A program made the position numbers and the translations under genes. Below, in pieces: positions 11,627-24,262 of a stretch of 64,000 nt of DNA. Position 1 is the stretch's first letter; every line of letters begins with the position of its first letter. The stretch covers positions 62,001 to 126,000 of the forward strand of contig DF236994.1 of the NCBI GenBank assembly GCA_000708835.1, read 5' to 3'. Origin of the DNA: Klebsormidium nitens. Taxonomy: Eukaryota; Plantae; Klebsormidiophyceae. The notes below the pieces were generated by a model that searched no databases, was not told where the DNA came from, and worked only from the letters and a program-made list of their open reading frames with translations.

Positions 11627-14600
11627 ATGGGTATCCAAGGGTTGCTGCCGGTGTTCAAGTCAATTTCACAGAGCACTCACATAAGCGAGTACGCTGGGAA
11701 GAAGGTAGCGGTAGACACTTATGGCTGGCTGCATAGAGGTGCCTTGTCCTGCAGCAGGGACCTCTGCCAGGGCAGACCAACACATAAGTATGTTGATTTC
11801 TGTATGCATCGGGTGCGGATGCTGAAGCACTCCAAGGTCATCCCCATCCTTGTCTTCGATGGGGGTCCTCTCCCTGGCAAATTGGAGGAAGAGAGCCGAC
11901 GCGAAATGTGAGTGCACTGTTCTCGTGAAGGCCACCTGAGCAAAGATGCAATGATTGGTCACAGACCAACAACAGGTACCTGATTGAGTGCAAGCAGACT
12001 CGGTAGTGAAGCCTGCCCGGAATGTGACAGGGGCGCGCCAGCGCCAAAAAGTTATCCGTCTGGACGCCGCTGGACTTTGTCAAGATTTCTGCCCGTCTGG
12101 TCTGTGCTCGGTGGTGGCCAAGTACTAAGATGCTGTTGAGATCAGCGGCATCTTTTCTTAGGGCAGCACAGGGGCAACCGCTTTGAAGCCATGCAGTTTG
12201 CACGAAGCAGGAAAATTTAGGCCCCGGCCCGACCGATGGTGGTCAAGCAAATGAGTTGTTCTTGCTTTGTGCAGTTCGCGGAAAGAGAACCTGGCCAAGG
12301 CAGTTGCGCACGAGGAGTCAGGGAACCATTCAGCAGCATATGAATGCTATCAGAAGGTGAATATGCTCTCAGATTGGTCGAGGAACTTGTTTGCTCAGGT
12401 GACTAACTCTTAAAGCAGTTTTCTCCGGTGGCTGTATCTTGAAGCAGCTCTCTCTGGTGGCCGTTTCTTTCAGCAGTTCTCCATTGTGAAATTAGAGCTA
12501 TGTACGAGGATGATGTCCAGAAAGGGCCAGGCAAGCAACACAACCAAATGCAACTGTATTGACAATTTCTTTTTGCTGCAGGCTGTGGACATCACACCCG
12601 CTCATGCACTCCGGCTGATCAAGGTCTGTCCACTGATATTGAGACTACAGCATCTGAAGGACATTGGGCACCTTACTTGTTACCCACATTTGCTCTTATA
12701 TTTGCACCCCCCTTTGTCCTTCAAGTCATGCGGCAGGGGCCTACTTTTTCTCCGCAGCTCGACGAGGCATGGACTTGAAACTCCTTTGTGCAGGTTTTGC
12801 AAGAGGAGAAGATTGATTACATTGTGGCCCCTTATGAGGCTGACGCACAGCTTGCATACCTCGTAATCAATGGTCTCGTTGATGCAGTCATCACTGAGGT
12901 AAGCGCTTGCTTGCATCAATTGCTGCCCTCAGGTTTCAATGGCCTGCGAGTTCATGGATGTCACCCCCCACATTGGTCTCATGAGTGCTAAAGCGACCTG
13001 CTTTCCGTACACTTTGGTTGATACCAAGAGGTCCTGCAAGTAAATCACTGGGTTGCCACAGGTTTGGAAGATATGCAAAGTGTTGTCGCAATGGTGTTGC
13101 TTTGCGAAGAATATTTACCATTTGCGCTGACGTGCTCCTTTTTCTTTTTGACAACAGGACTCGGACCTCCTCGCTCATGGGTGTCCTAAGGTGGGGTTTC
13201 TCTGTCCTTTTTGCGCACAAGCCACCTTTTGACTTCAAGTGCCAACGTTCCTCGACTCGAAATGCCTACTCTTTGTCATTTCCACAAGAAAGTGCGTTCC
13301 ACTTCCTTTTCTTGCCTGCTCCCTTTGCTTGCTAGCATTCTGGATTTGCATTGCTAAATACCCAATACTCTTCCAGAGCACGCATAATTCAGACGTCATG
13401 CGTCATTGCCCGAGATTACATGCTCGCAACCGGCTCCTTGAAGTTGAACCGACTAACCAATTCTGACTCTGCTCCGCTCAGGTGCTCTACAAGATGGACA
13501 AGTTCGGGAACGGCATGCAGATCCTGTACGCCGACCTGGTCAAGACCAAGGAGCTGTGCTTCACCAACTTCACGCAGCAGATGGTGCTGGAGATGTGCAT
13601 CTTCTCGGGCTGCGACTACCTGGCCTCCCTGCCCGGCATGGGCGTCAAGCGAGCGCACGCGCTCGTGAAGCGGTTCAAGACCTTTCGAAAGGTGGGGCGC
13701 AGCTTGTTCACAGCCTTGTCAGTGTCTTCGACCTCTCAAAGGAGACTTGAGGAAAGCCCTTTTCGAAGTCCATTCTCTGGGGTTATCCGTGCCCTCGCTT
13801 GATTGTCGGTTGTGACGGTTTTGATTGATATGACAGATTCGACTGAGCAATGAGCATTGCAATGAGCGGACCGCCAGTCAAACTGCAGTCCCCCGGGATA
13901 CAACTTCCTTGCGCCAGCCAACTGTAATTCAGGGGAATCTGTAACCTCGCCCGATCGTCTCTCTGCCAAGGATCTCTAAACATATATCAGATTGTTTTGT
14001 CTGTTCACATCCCAGCGAGCATCATCTCTGGGCGCCACTGGCGCTGGCAGCGTGTCAGTTTCTTTTGCTTTTCCTCCTGCGTCAGAATCTCTCAGCTACA
14101 GAAGCATGAAGGTTAATTTCGAGACGGTGCCGTTAACCATACTCGAGTCGGACTCTGCAACCCGGTACTTCTAGAGTTTTGTCCTGTCCCTTTCCAGGCA
14201 ATCAAGTGGCTCAAGTTCCAGGGCACCGACATCCCCCCGGGTTACGAGGACGCGTTCCACCGCGCCGTGCTGACGTTCAAGCACCAGCGGGTGTTTGATC
14301 CCGTCAGCCAGCGCGCGGTCTTCCTCACCGAACCCTACGGCAGCGACGTTCCGGACAACCTGGACTTCGTCGGACCGCCGCTGTCGCCAGAAACGGCACG
14401 TGCCATTGCCGCGGGCCAGATCTGCCCCATCTCGCGGACTCCGTTTGAGGTGGGGCTTATGAGCGGTATCTCGTGTCATCCAGCGGTATGATCAGATGGC
14501 AAAATGGTTGTGTACAAGGCCAGTTGCCTGCTTTCGTCTCTCTGTCATACGTATACGAATGGCCGCTTTCTCCCCTAGCTTCGTCATCGATACGCGAATC

Positions 14601-17166
14601 TTTGGGACAATCTTCATAACCTCGCCGCAGAATGGAAATTAGAATACCTCATGCTATGCCGCTTTGAAAAAGATACAAGTTTTGCGTTTGACAAAGATAT
14701 CTTTCCGCTTGTTGCAGGATCTCAAGCATTTCGAGAAAGGAACGAGCGCCAGCAAGCGGAAAAGAAAGGCGGACGTCCTGCCAGAAAGGAACACCATGCA
14801 CCGATACTTATGTGCGTACAGTCATCCTTCCTCAGAAGTGCACAGATTACCGCTCGCCTAGCTGCCGCGTCTTCTCACCTGTCCCTTAGTATCTCAGAGT
14901 CGAAGAATGCTGCAAATGTGGCTGTCAAATCCGCAGGTGGGCGAAATCCACCGAAAGCGCCTCATTTCACGCGCCTACTCTTGGCTCACGTCTCACTCCA
15001 TTCGAGTGCAGCCGTCAACACTTCCACGTCCGCCAAAAAGCCGTTCAAGCAGCCAAGAACTGCCGTTGCGGCTGCCCCTCCCTCAGCAGCGGAAAGGCCG
15101 CAGCAACCAGAACCAGAGGAGCAAGTCCCAAGGACTGCCGACGATCTCGACGAATGGAACCGCTTACCGTCCGCTTCTCTGCCGGAGTCTGACGTAAGTT
15201 CTCCGTCCGCCTTGCGCTTTCCTTGCGGGTTGTGCATTTCTGTTTGCGTCAATAGACTTTGAAATCGATGAACTGCAGCGACCGGGTACGACAAAGTGGA
15301 ACGGAGTCAGGATCTTCAATGCGTCTTGCAATCAAGACGTGTAGCGGCATATGCGCCCGACAATCCATATGACAGTCACCGTCCCTGATTTGGTGCCGCT
15401 TCTTCGACTCGTGTCTCCGGTGAATCCCGTCATATCTGAGATCGCTAACTTTTCTAACCCCGTACAGGAGCTGGATGCGCCCACCCCCTTCCAAAACCAA
15501 AAGCCAACTGCAAACGTGGAGAGGCGCCAGACTGCTAACGGTGAGCACCTTGACGGGTCTGGCACGTTCCTGCTTTTTGTCGTTGTTCTTGCGTTGTTTG
15601 GCACGTCAGGTTCTCCTTCTGGAACCGGCAAGACCTGCCAAAGCTGAAGATTCGCAACACCCGACGAGGCTCCAAGGCCGTCTGCTAGGCAGGGGACGGC
15701 ACTGCTTTTTCTGGCGGTTTTGACTGCGGTTGCATTCATCAACATGACTTTGCAGTAAGCAGACCGTGCATATCTGAGACCGTTCCTCTTGCGAGCGTTC
15801 CCGGTCACCTCCCGGGCTCAGGCGATGGGCTTTCCTTTCCATGCTGACGCCATGCTCACGTCAGCAGCACAGTAACCGCATTCCTCGCTCCATCCGCAGC
15901 TTTTGAGTTCGACCTAGAGAGAGAAGCGCCGCTGGCCAGCCTCGACTTCGACTCCGACCTCGAGCTTGACAATCCGTTCGAGGCGTTCCGCATCAAGGCG
16001 CGGAAGAGCCCCGGGCGGAAGGGCCCCGCGGATCTTTTCGCCGCCTTTGGGGACGACTGGTCTACCGACGAGGCGTTGCCAGCCACGCGCGCCGCTGACT
16101 CCCCGCGAAGAACACCCCTCTACACCAGCGGCAGACTTGAGCCGCGAGCAGACCTCCAGCCGCGACCACAAAGCGGGCGCGAGTCGGAGAACGGGGGTTT
16201 AGGGTTTGGGGAGCGGTCGGGCGCCGGCGGCCGCGGCTTCGACCGGCGCGCGGCCGCGCTGCAGCCCGTGCGCTTGCCGGATTTGAACCGGGGCGCTGTG
16301 GACCGGCCGAAGGTGGCCAAGAAGACGAGCAGCTTCTTCAAGAAACCGGCCGCCGCGGCCGTTCATTTGGAGGAGCCGGCAGTAGTTGGGGGAGTGACGG
16401 CGGGGCTCGGAAGGACGGGCGACGGTGGCAATGGGCAGGGGACGGGCGAGATGTACGCAAGAGAAGAGAGTCCGCTCGAGGTGAGAGCGCGGAGTTGTCG
16501 CCTCAAGAAGGCTGCTTCGGAACATAGAAAGAGAAGGTCCGGTCATGAGTACAGTACAGGTTTAAAAACCTTGCAAGGTCACGCAGCACTTTTGTACCGA
16601 GTAACGGGTTCCTATAGAAGCAGCACTCTCGCTTGCTTACATTTTGAACCTGGTGCAGGATCACGGTGTTGAGGAGGAAAACCGGGACAGACCAATCAGT
16701 CGAGGATTTGGTGTAGCTACCACAGATTACCGGTTGCAAGGGCTTCATGGTAAGACATTCCATCAACATCTGGCATCTTTTGTCCACCATTGTGATCCCT
16801 TGAGAAACTATTGTGCAGCTTGCTGTGGATACCGACATGCTGATCCTGTCAATCTCCGCGTCTCTTTGCGCAAAGCGCTGTCTTGTTTTCTCTCTGCTAT
16901 GTCCGGATGTTTGAAGACAGATTACAACTTCTCGCGCGTGTGTGTTTCCTGTCCTCTCAGACGACGGTCAAGGTGACGACGACAGGCAAGGCCAAGGTTG
17001 TTCGAAAAAGCTCGAGCATCTAGAAGCCTACAGCTCGACAGCCACAAAGGCCATGGAGGGCCTAGTTGCAAAGCTTCGAACTTTCAAATACGTACCGAGC
17101 AGTAGTAGACAGAGCGCGCTTCGAAATCCTCTAGGAAATAAAATGCGGAACGCTTTCCCGCGATGA
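11627..17166 (+). CDS. EXO1: Exonuclease 1 (XPG/Rad2 family 5'-3' nuclease)
   Basis: Exons 11627-11907, 12275-12356, 12582-12623, 12794-12898, 13158-13190, 13482-13691, 14198-14449, 14718-14811 and 15012-15193; last exon about 16961-17166. Motifs: [45 protein letters not shown] and H3[18 protein letters not shown]. The C-terminal [16 protein letters not shown] resembles the plant EXO1 tail. Exons in the low-complexity region 15200-16950 are unresolved. Confidence 0.9.
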
Positions 17167-18730
17167 CTCGTTCTCAGATTAAACAGGGCGAGTTTGCAAT
17201 TGCCTTTGCTCTACAACATTGAGCTGCAAGTCGCGCACTGGCATCGATCGCGGCGGAGTGACCCTGCAGCAATTGGTGTTGATCAGGAGACGACCTTTTA
17301 ATTTCATTGCATTCTGGATTGAAGGGTCTTGGCAGATCTGCAACCGTGTGAACAGCGCGTGACACTACCTGAAGATGTACTTTTTCAACCTCCAAAACGG
17401 GGTACGCGGCGGTCCGGTCGGCATAATCAGATATGCCGCGCTGCATGTGATCTACGTATATATGAGTATGTCGATGAAATTGAATGTGCAAGTGAAGACT
17501 GATGCAGCGCGTCACGTACCTCTTTATCTACCAAATGGCTGTCTGGTGCATTGATATGGCAACCTTCAATATCTTTTCGAAAGGAGAGCTCTTGCACTGG
17601 TGAAGTTGATGTACGCCAAGGCGGCGCCCGCGCCGCCGTGCTGTACTACAGCTACGGTAGCTGCTCACTACTAACCAACAAAGAGCCATGAGGCCCCATG
17701 CCAGCTAACTTACTTCTGAATCGCGCATGTATGCGCTGAGCCAATTAATTGTATCCGAATCCTCTACTGAGTCAATTAATCTGCATATACTCGTAGAGAC
17801 ATTGCCATTCGATCGCACCAGCTTATGGGATAGTTTTTATTTTTTCGCACTGAGCCCATTTACAATTGTTTAAGCCTGTTTTGCCCCTTTTGATGCTGGT
17901 TTTGGATTTTCTTTCACTTCGCATTTTCGCACCAAGCCCAGACCTTAATTTCGATTTTATCGCAACGGCCTAAAATGGATTATTTTAGTGCGAATGGGAA
18001 TGTTGCTACGTACGGCCTGCATATACTAATGCGGCACCAGAAGTCTGAGCATGCGCAGGGACTGTGCAAGCGCTGCGCGCAGCCGATTGTACTCTCAACT
18101 GCACTTGATGATCAATGATGATTGAACCGCACGTGCCATCGATAAATGGTACTGTCCTCAGCGAGCTCAGGCTGACAACGCGAATTCACGGGGTGTGTTA
18201 TGCAACAGAATCATAGCCAGGGTTTACCTAAACCCCAAGCAATCCATATTCGGTTCATGCATCTTTGCACACGTGGGGAAAAAGGAGCCGTTGCTCCACA
18301 TGCTAACTGCAGGCCGGCATTGCAATGGGCTATAGAATTCATCAAAGAATGGCAATGAAGCATCTGCAAATGGACGGCATGTGCGGCTGAACTTTCGATG
18401 GTCGTCGATCATGTTTTGTAACACCACAAAGCTTAGCACTCTTGATGGTGTGAGATGGCTCCTGCTAAGACAACATGCGGGCTGTACCCGTTATGATGAT
18501 TCCTCGGACAGGAGAGGTGGTGGTAGAGATTCAGCACTTGCACGCTGCGCAGATGGAACACGAAAATCGCGACGCCTCTGTATCGATTGTCAGTTCTGCG
18601 TTGCCGTCTTGCAATTAATTTACGGACCAGCAAGCGTCTTAGAAGGATTCGCGGGATCATCGCGACATGGAAGTTACCCGTTCTTTTCAGATCAATGCTG
18701 GAATCGTTTCGTAATGTCGCGAACAATGCG

Positions 18731-19864
18731 TTACCACTCCTTGACAAACGCATCAAATCTCTCGAACACCTTCTGAGGAGTTTGAAGAGCTTGCACGGCC
18801 TCTCCTCGAAGGTGCCGGCTTGGCAGTGCTGACACGAGTGAAGATGACTTGCTGTCTTGCTCATATGCGTAAGCGCTGATGCTCTCGTAGCCATCATTTT
18901 GATCTGCTGAAATACATTAGTCAGCTAAAGGAATCAGCAGTTTCCACTGCCTGCATGTTTTCAACACTTGCCACTCCTGTGAAAAAGCATCCACCTGATG
19001 ATCTAGCGAAGCACACGTCAATGCTCTGGCAAGTGGTCTCATCGCTGGCCCGAAGAGATAATCATCATGGAAATTTGTAAGATCCACAAGAAATCCTGTG
19101 CGTTAGATCTCGACCTACCTGTGACAGGGAGCTCTTCAAGTCCAGCAGTTCCTGTTTCGAGAGGAGCCAATAGCTTGTCGGGCCACTCAAAGTTCGTGAC
19201 AGCAAAGTGCTGCCTGCGGCGCTTTCCTGGGCTTGTGATCAAGCTGTGAGACTCGTCCCAGCGTTGCTGATCCCTTTTGAATTCTCTGAGCAAGACAGGG
19301 TCCATCACATCTTCAAACGTCAGAAGCGGCTTGGAACCATGTGACTCTTCTCGAGGTCCGCACAACTGCTCCTCTGTTCTCTCAGGGCTTTTGCCATCCT
19401 TTGAGATGGATTCCTTTTCTGACCTCACGTTCCTCATGTTGTTGAGGCTGCAGGAGCAAACGAAACGGGTACAATGTGAAGATTTCGAAAAGATTGACGT
19501 TGACGATTTCGTTGCTGAAGCCTTCAGTGCCTCAACAAGGCACAGGAAACCTATGCAGTTTAAACACGAGCAGAATCTGAGATTCCTGATAGGCTTACAG
19601 GCAAAAGGGTGCTGTCTGTTCCACAATCCATCTCTAAGAGGGGAACCGCTGCTTAATTAACTGAAGGCTTTAGATGCATTTTGGTTGTCTTCGAAGAGAT
19701 TCAACCTTACCAGTCCTCGAACTTCCTCAACACAGAGCTCCGTTGCATGGGGTCAGCTTCGAATTTTGATGGCGGGCCTCCTGTCAATCTTCCGTTAGGG
19801 TACTCGAGGCCATCACTGGCATTCTCAACAGGAGCCCGGAACATTGATTGTTCGTTCTCTGCTC
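18731..19864 (-). CDS. Uncharacterised protein (orphan); 5' exons unresolved, probably upstream toward about 20250
   Basis: Three putative exons, 19864-19711, 19447-19119 and 18906-18731, have canonical AG/GT ends with matching phases (2 then 1). They give one open frame (AENEQSMFRAP...KFEDCLNNMRNVRSEK...LLTFEDVMDPVLLREFKRDQQRWDE...FERFDAFVKEW*). No recognisable domain. Confidence 0.45.
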
Positions 19865-20863
19865 CTGAGTTTCAAGACATTCGATCGTCAGCATACTACT
19901 GTCTACGTTCTAATGCTGCAGATGGAACGGCTCGTCTCAAGTTGATCTGCCTGAAACCTTGCTTCTGCTTTGAATCCTGCATAAGTGATTCTGATGTTGA
20001 GACCCCTCTTATGCATGCAATTTTGAACCTCAGTCACGGAATGAAGAGTGTGAAGCTGATATTGTCCAGATTGTTCACAGCTGAGAATTATATTTGGAAT
20101 ATTGGCAGCCTTCACCAACGACCGAATCGACTTGGAGTTTCTCCTGGCCCTGGGTGCTGAAGTGCTGAACTACCTTTTGCAGCAAATGAACCAAGGCCAT
20201 ACAGCTCTTGCTGTGATTCGACTGTCGATGGTTGATGGGTCGGTTATCGGACGGTCCCGATAAGCAACAAAGCAGCACCGTCGATCAATTTCAGGTATTA
20301 GAGCCAAACTTTGCGCGCGCGTATGAAAAGTGTTGCGTGCGTACGTTCTGGAAGAAAGTGACCGCGCGCCGCGACAGCTAGAACGCAAGAGCCAGTTTGT
20401 ACACCACACACGGTAGATGACAGAAGCTAGCCTCGAGAGAGTAGGTAGCAACAGCTGGCAATCCTGCCAAGGCCTTGAAGGGGCAAATTTGAACCTAGTC
20501 AGTAGCTTTTCTCCCCAGAGACCAGCCCGTAAGCCCCCATAAAGGCTTGATCGGCAACAGAGTAATCATCAAAGACAGGGCCGAAGACGTGCCACTTTGT
20601 AGCTCTGCCACTTTGCTGCTGCCTCTGCTTCTGCACTTTTTTGCTTGCATTCTACCTACTTCACCACCGCAGCTGTCAGAAATTTGGGATCAGAGCTGGA
20701 AGCTGTCCTATCCGAAGCCCATCCGAAGTAGGCTGCGGTATACAGCTCTAGGCAGCTATATCAAGCTCCACGCGGGTCCACAGCCTGGAATCTTTTTCCT
20801 CCAAGCTCCTATTCATAATCAAGAAGTAAACCTTGTCCTTTTTGCGTAAATTCACAGCTGATC

Positions 20864-22276
20864 ATGGCGGCAACTGAGGTGCAGCAACCCTTGGATAGGG
20901 AGGCTTTCCTTAAGATGGCCAAGTACCCACTGATCAAGAGCTCTGGTGAGCATTGTTGGCGGCCAAGATCTTTGTCTGCCCAATCATGAGTCAGCTGGTG
21001 CTGACAAGAGCTAAATCCTGATAGACTATCAGCCGGCTACAGTTTTAGCTGCTGTCAAGCGAAAGTGCTCTGCTTTCAATTTTTGCAACACATGCGTGGG
21101 ACAGTCGAGGGTGGGCAGTTTTGAAAAGGGAATTTGAAAGGAAGTGCTTTTCTGAGGAAGAATCCCAATGACCCTCCAGTCGTCTCAAGAGGGATCGGAC
21201 GCAGATCTACTGTACGCATATAACCCATCAGTAAAGCATTAGTGGGTGGTAACCACGAGGCACGCGCTTTTGATGTATGGGCACTCGCCTGCAAAGCTTA
21301 TAGAGATACCTTTGCTCCAAGATATGATGAAGGAATAGATTGCCATAGCTTACTGAGATGCCTTCGTTCATAAGGTGATGGGAGAAGTGCCCACCGCTTA
21401 TCGAGCTCCCGTTTTTCTCAGATATGATGGAGGAGATGCGGAACGAGGCTGTCGAAATGGTCATAACAGCGGTAGAAAAGTACAGCAACAACTACGAGCT
21501 CGCGGCGCGGTTAGTAAAGGAGAGCATGGACAAAAAGTTTGGTGGACCGTGGCACTGTATAGTGGGTGAGCTTCTTACTCAATCTGTCCCGTAGTGTTGT
21601 TGCAAACATGTGCCATGACTTTAAAAGCTCTCCGCTTGATTCCGGTTTTGTTTGCAGAAAATCTACGGCCCCCAAACGTTACTCAGTAAATTTCCATTAA
21701 TCTAGGAGCTGAAAGAGCACCCGCCTTGTGTCGTGCGAACAGAGAAAGTAATTTTTTGCAGCTTTTTTAGTGCTTTACAATACCTGAGTGGCCTTCAACC
21801 GGCGCCGTTTTAAGAATGCGCAAGGGCTCAGTGGTTCTGCCAGACAATCAGAAATGGAGATAGTCTTGGTCAAGCCGAAGTCCAGAGTCTGATCGAGCGT
21901 GCCAGTAAATCGTGACCGGCTTTTAACCAGACAATTGCATCTGAAAGAAGCAGACGCTGGCTCCATTCCAAATAGTATGTGGCAGTTGATGTCCTCCCTA
22001 AACAGGACCGGCAGCGACAGGAAGCTGTGTGCTAATTTTCTGGAGCGCCTTGATTATTCCTGCAAGCTGGCGCCGTCATGTGGAATCGGCTCCTTGAACC
22101 TGATAAAAGATGGAGCACTGTCCAGTATAATTGCAGGAACTATAAGCTCTGCACTCATTCAAGGTTATTTTCAATCTGAAGGAGAATACTACGGCTTCGA
22201 AGTCACACACGAAGTGAAGAATCTTCTGTACGTGTTTGCGGCTGGGTATCTCGCCATCATTTTGTGGAAAGGGTGA
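20864..22276 (+). CDS. DNAL4: Dynein axonemal light chain 4 (LC8 family, LC10-type)
   Basis: Exons 20864-20945, 21422-21565 and 22182-22276 give MAATEVQQPLDREAFLKMAKYPLIKSSDMMEEMRNEAVEMVITAVEKYSNNYELAARLVKESMDKKFGGPWHCIVGEYYGFEVTHEVKNLLYVFAAGYLAIILWKG*. The segments EKxSNN and GFEVTHEVKNLLY match DNAL4 rather than generic LC8. Confidence 0.9.
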
Positions 22277-24262
22277 CGACAGGCCAAGCGTTCGATCAAT
22301 CCAGAAGTTTGGGAAGACTGTGATTAGGTCCAAGTCAGATGGCATTGTAACGTTGCTCTGCTCTTTTAACCTATTTATTCCATCTGGTTAGAGTGCATTC
22401 TCTATGAAGGGCTCACTTGCACAGGCCAGAAATAGTGACGCGAAACCGCAGCGTAACAGAGTCAAGTCGCGTGACACGTAGTTCCACGCAAGAAGGGCTC
22501 AACCGAATATTGTTGACCTTCTTCGTTGTAGTCACACCTCGAGTCAAGTTTCGGAAAGGATTCTGCATTGCTCATGCAACGCTCCATTCGCCTTTCTTTG
22601 GAGGGCATTCGATGCTCAGCAGCAAAGTTCCACTTTGTTTGGGATGCACGTCGCGCTCACAAAAGGCATAAGTGGCGGTACTTATTTACCAACATCTTCC
22701 GTCTCAGTAACTTGAGCAAGTGCGGCGTGAGTCAATTGCCCGCCTGAACCGTGTCAGAATATACTACCGGTAGTCGGCTTGAGGGCAAGACCGGTAATCA
22801 TGGTCTGTTTGGCTAGTGCAGCCTGACATGATGCAGCAACGAGTATTCGTATAGTCCTCTTAGAGCGCCACTTTATGCAGGGCCACCAATCTCGTCAGAA
22901 CGTCCGACTTATCCTCCAATGGACCCGGGGCCTCTTCTGACACGATCATGCATCCCGTGAAATGGCATCTGCAACCTGCTCAATCTCATGCCCTCTGAGT
23001 CTGCAGATTCATGTCAGTATACCCGGTCCGTGGGTGCCCCACACCCCGATGTACGCCAGTAACTACCTTGTGCATATATAAGCACTGTACCGTCAGCCTA
23101 AATCAAGCATCTGCGGGCCTAAACCAGATTGTTGTCTACAGTACATTGAACGACGGTGCACTTCCGAGTTCATATTGGCAGGGCAGCGCTGCCGCGGTAC
23201 CAAGACCTGCCAATAAGCACTGTATGGTGACAGCCTTTATCTTCTTGTCGAATCATGCAGTCCATATATATGCGCCGCCGTGCCGGAGCTAGCCCAGCTT
23301 GGGCACTTAACTTGAGTGCAATAAGCACGGATGTGGGTTTGTGTGCCGTACATGAAAGAACGGGCCACGTACATTATTTGTTTTATACTCACAGCTAGAC
23401 AGCGGCCACGGAGCGATATCTGACGGTGATCGAGTTTAGGGCCGGCCATGTGAGCGCATAAGACGCGGTCCATTCACATTTTATCATAGTATATAATACT
23501 CGCGCAGTGATGCACACAATCCTTATCCGCCCGCGCTGTACCTGCAATGTATATACACACATGATTGGACGAAGGCCACCCTAGGGCCGGCCATGCACCG
23601 GGTCAGCTGTCTTCGAAGAATCAATTTCCGGCCAGTGAATAGCGATTGAAATGAGATTAGGTGGGGATCGAGTCAAGTGTGACACGCTTGACTGCTTCAA
23701 TCGCTCATGCATTCACAAAAGAGGATGGACTCCCAGTAAAGCTAGGATGGTCTTTGCAAGCTGTGATCTCGCTTCAGTTTCCGGGTCAAGTTGTGTTCGT
23801 TTGGACGAAGCAGCTACCTACGTGACAGACAAACCGGCCTGTTCCTTTGGACCGTACTTTTGTCAACTACCTGGTACAGTAGTGTACTTTCTAACTGAGC
23901 TGATAAGGTACAGTACCAGACCGCAAGCTTGGTCAAGGGCATGGCATGACGCAATTCGCGTCCACTGGACTGTTGGTCATAACCGGTTTCTGTACAACTC
24001 TTTCATGACCATCGGGGCTGTTTCTAGACCCCGTCAACCTACTTTACAACCTCCGTCTGCACTACGCGCTCCTTTGAGATCTAGAACTTCGAAGGAGAAA
24101 CCAAGGCAAAGCATGCCACGTTATAGCTTCACTCGTACTTCGTATTACGTCCATGGTAGCTGAGCTTACGCCCAGGCGGTAGCAGCCCCCTCTGCCCATC
24201 AAGGCAGAGCAGCCAACCGGAGCAACTTCCGCAATTCCCGAGGCTCTCTTTCCGCTCTGCTG

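Noticed and set aside
12413-12485. About 29-bp degenerate tandem repeat in EXO1 intron 2
   Set aside because: Real but unrelated to exon junctions, and too decayed to interpret.
17500-18200. AT-rich intergenic segment with small direct repeats (CTGAGCCAATTAAT / CTGAGTCAATTAAT)
   Set aside because: No terminal inverted repeats, target-site duplication or transposase found, so it is insufficient to call a mobile element.
23651-24163. 170-aa plus-strand ORF downstream of IRE
   Set aside because: No ATG start in good context, no domain and no supporting splice structure; probably IRE 3' flank.
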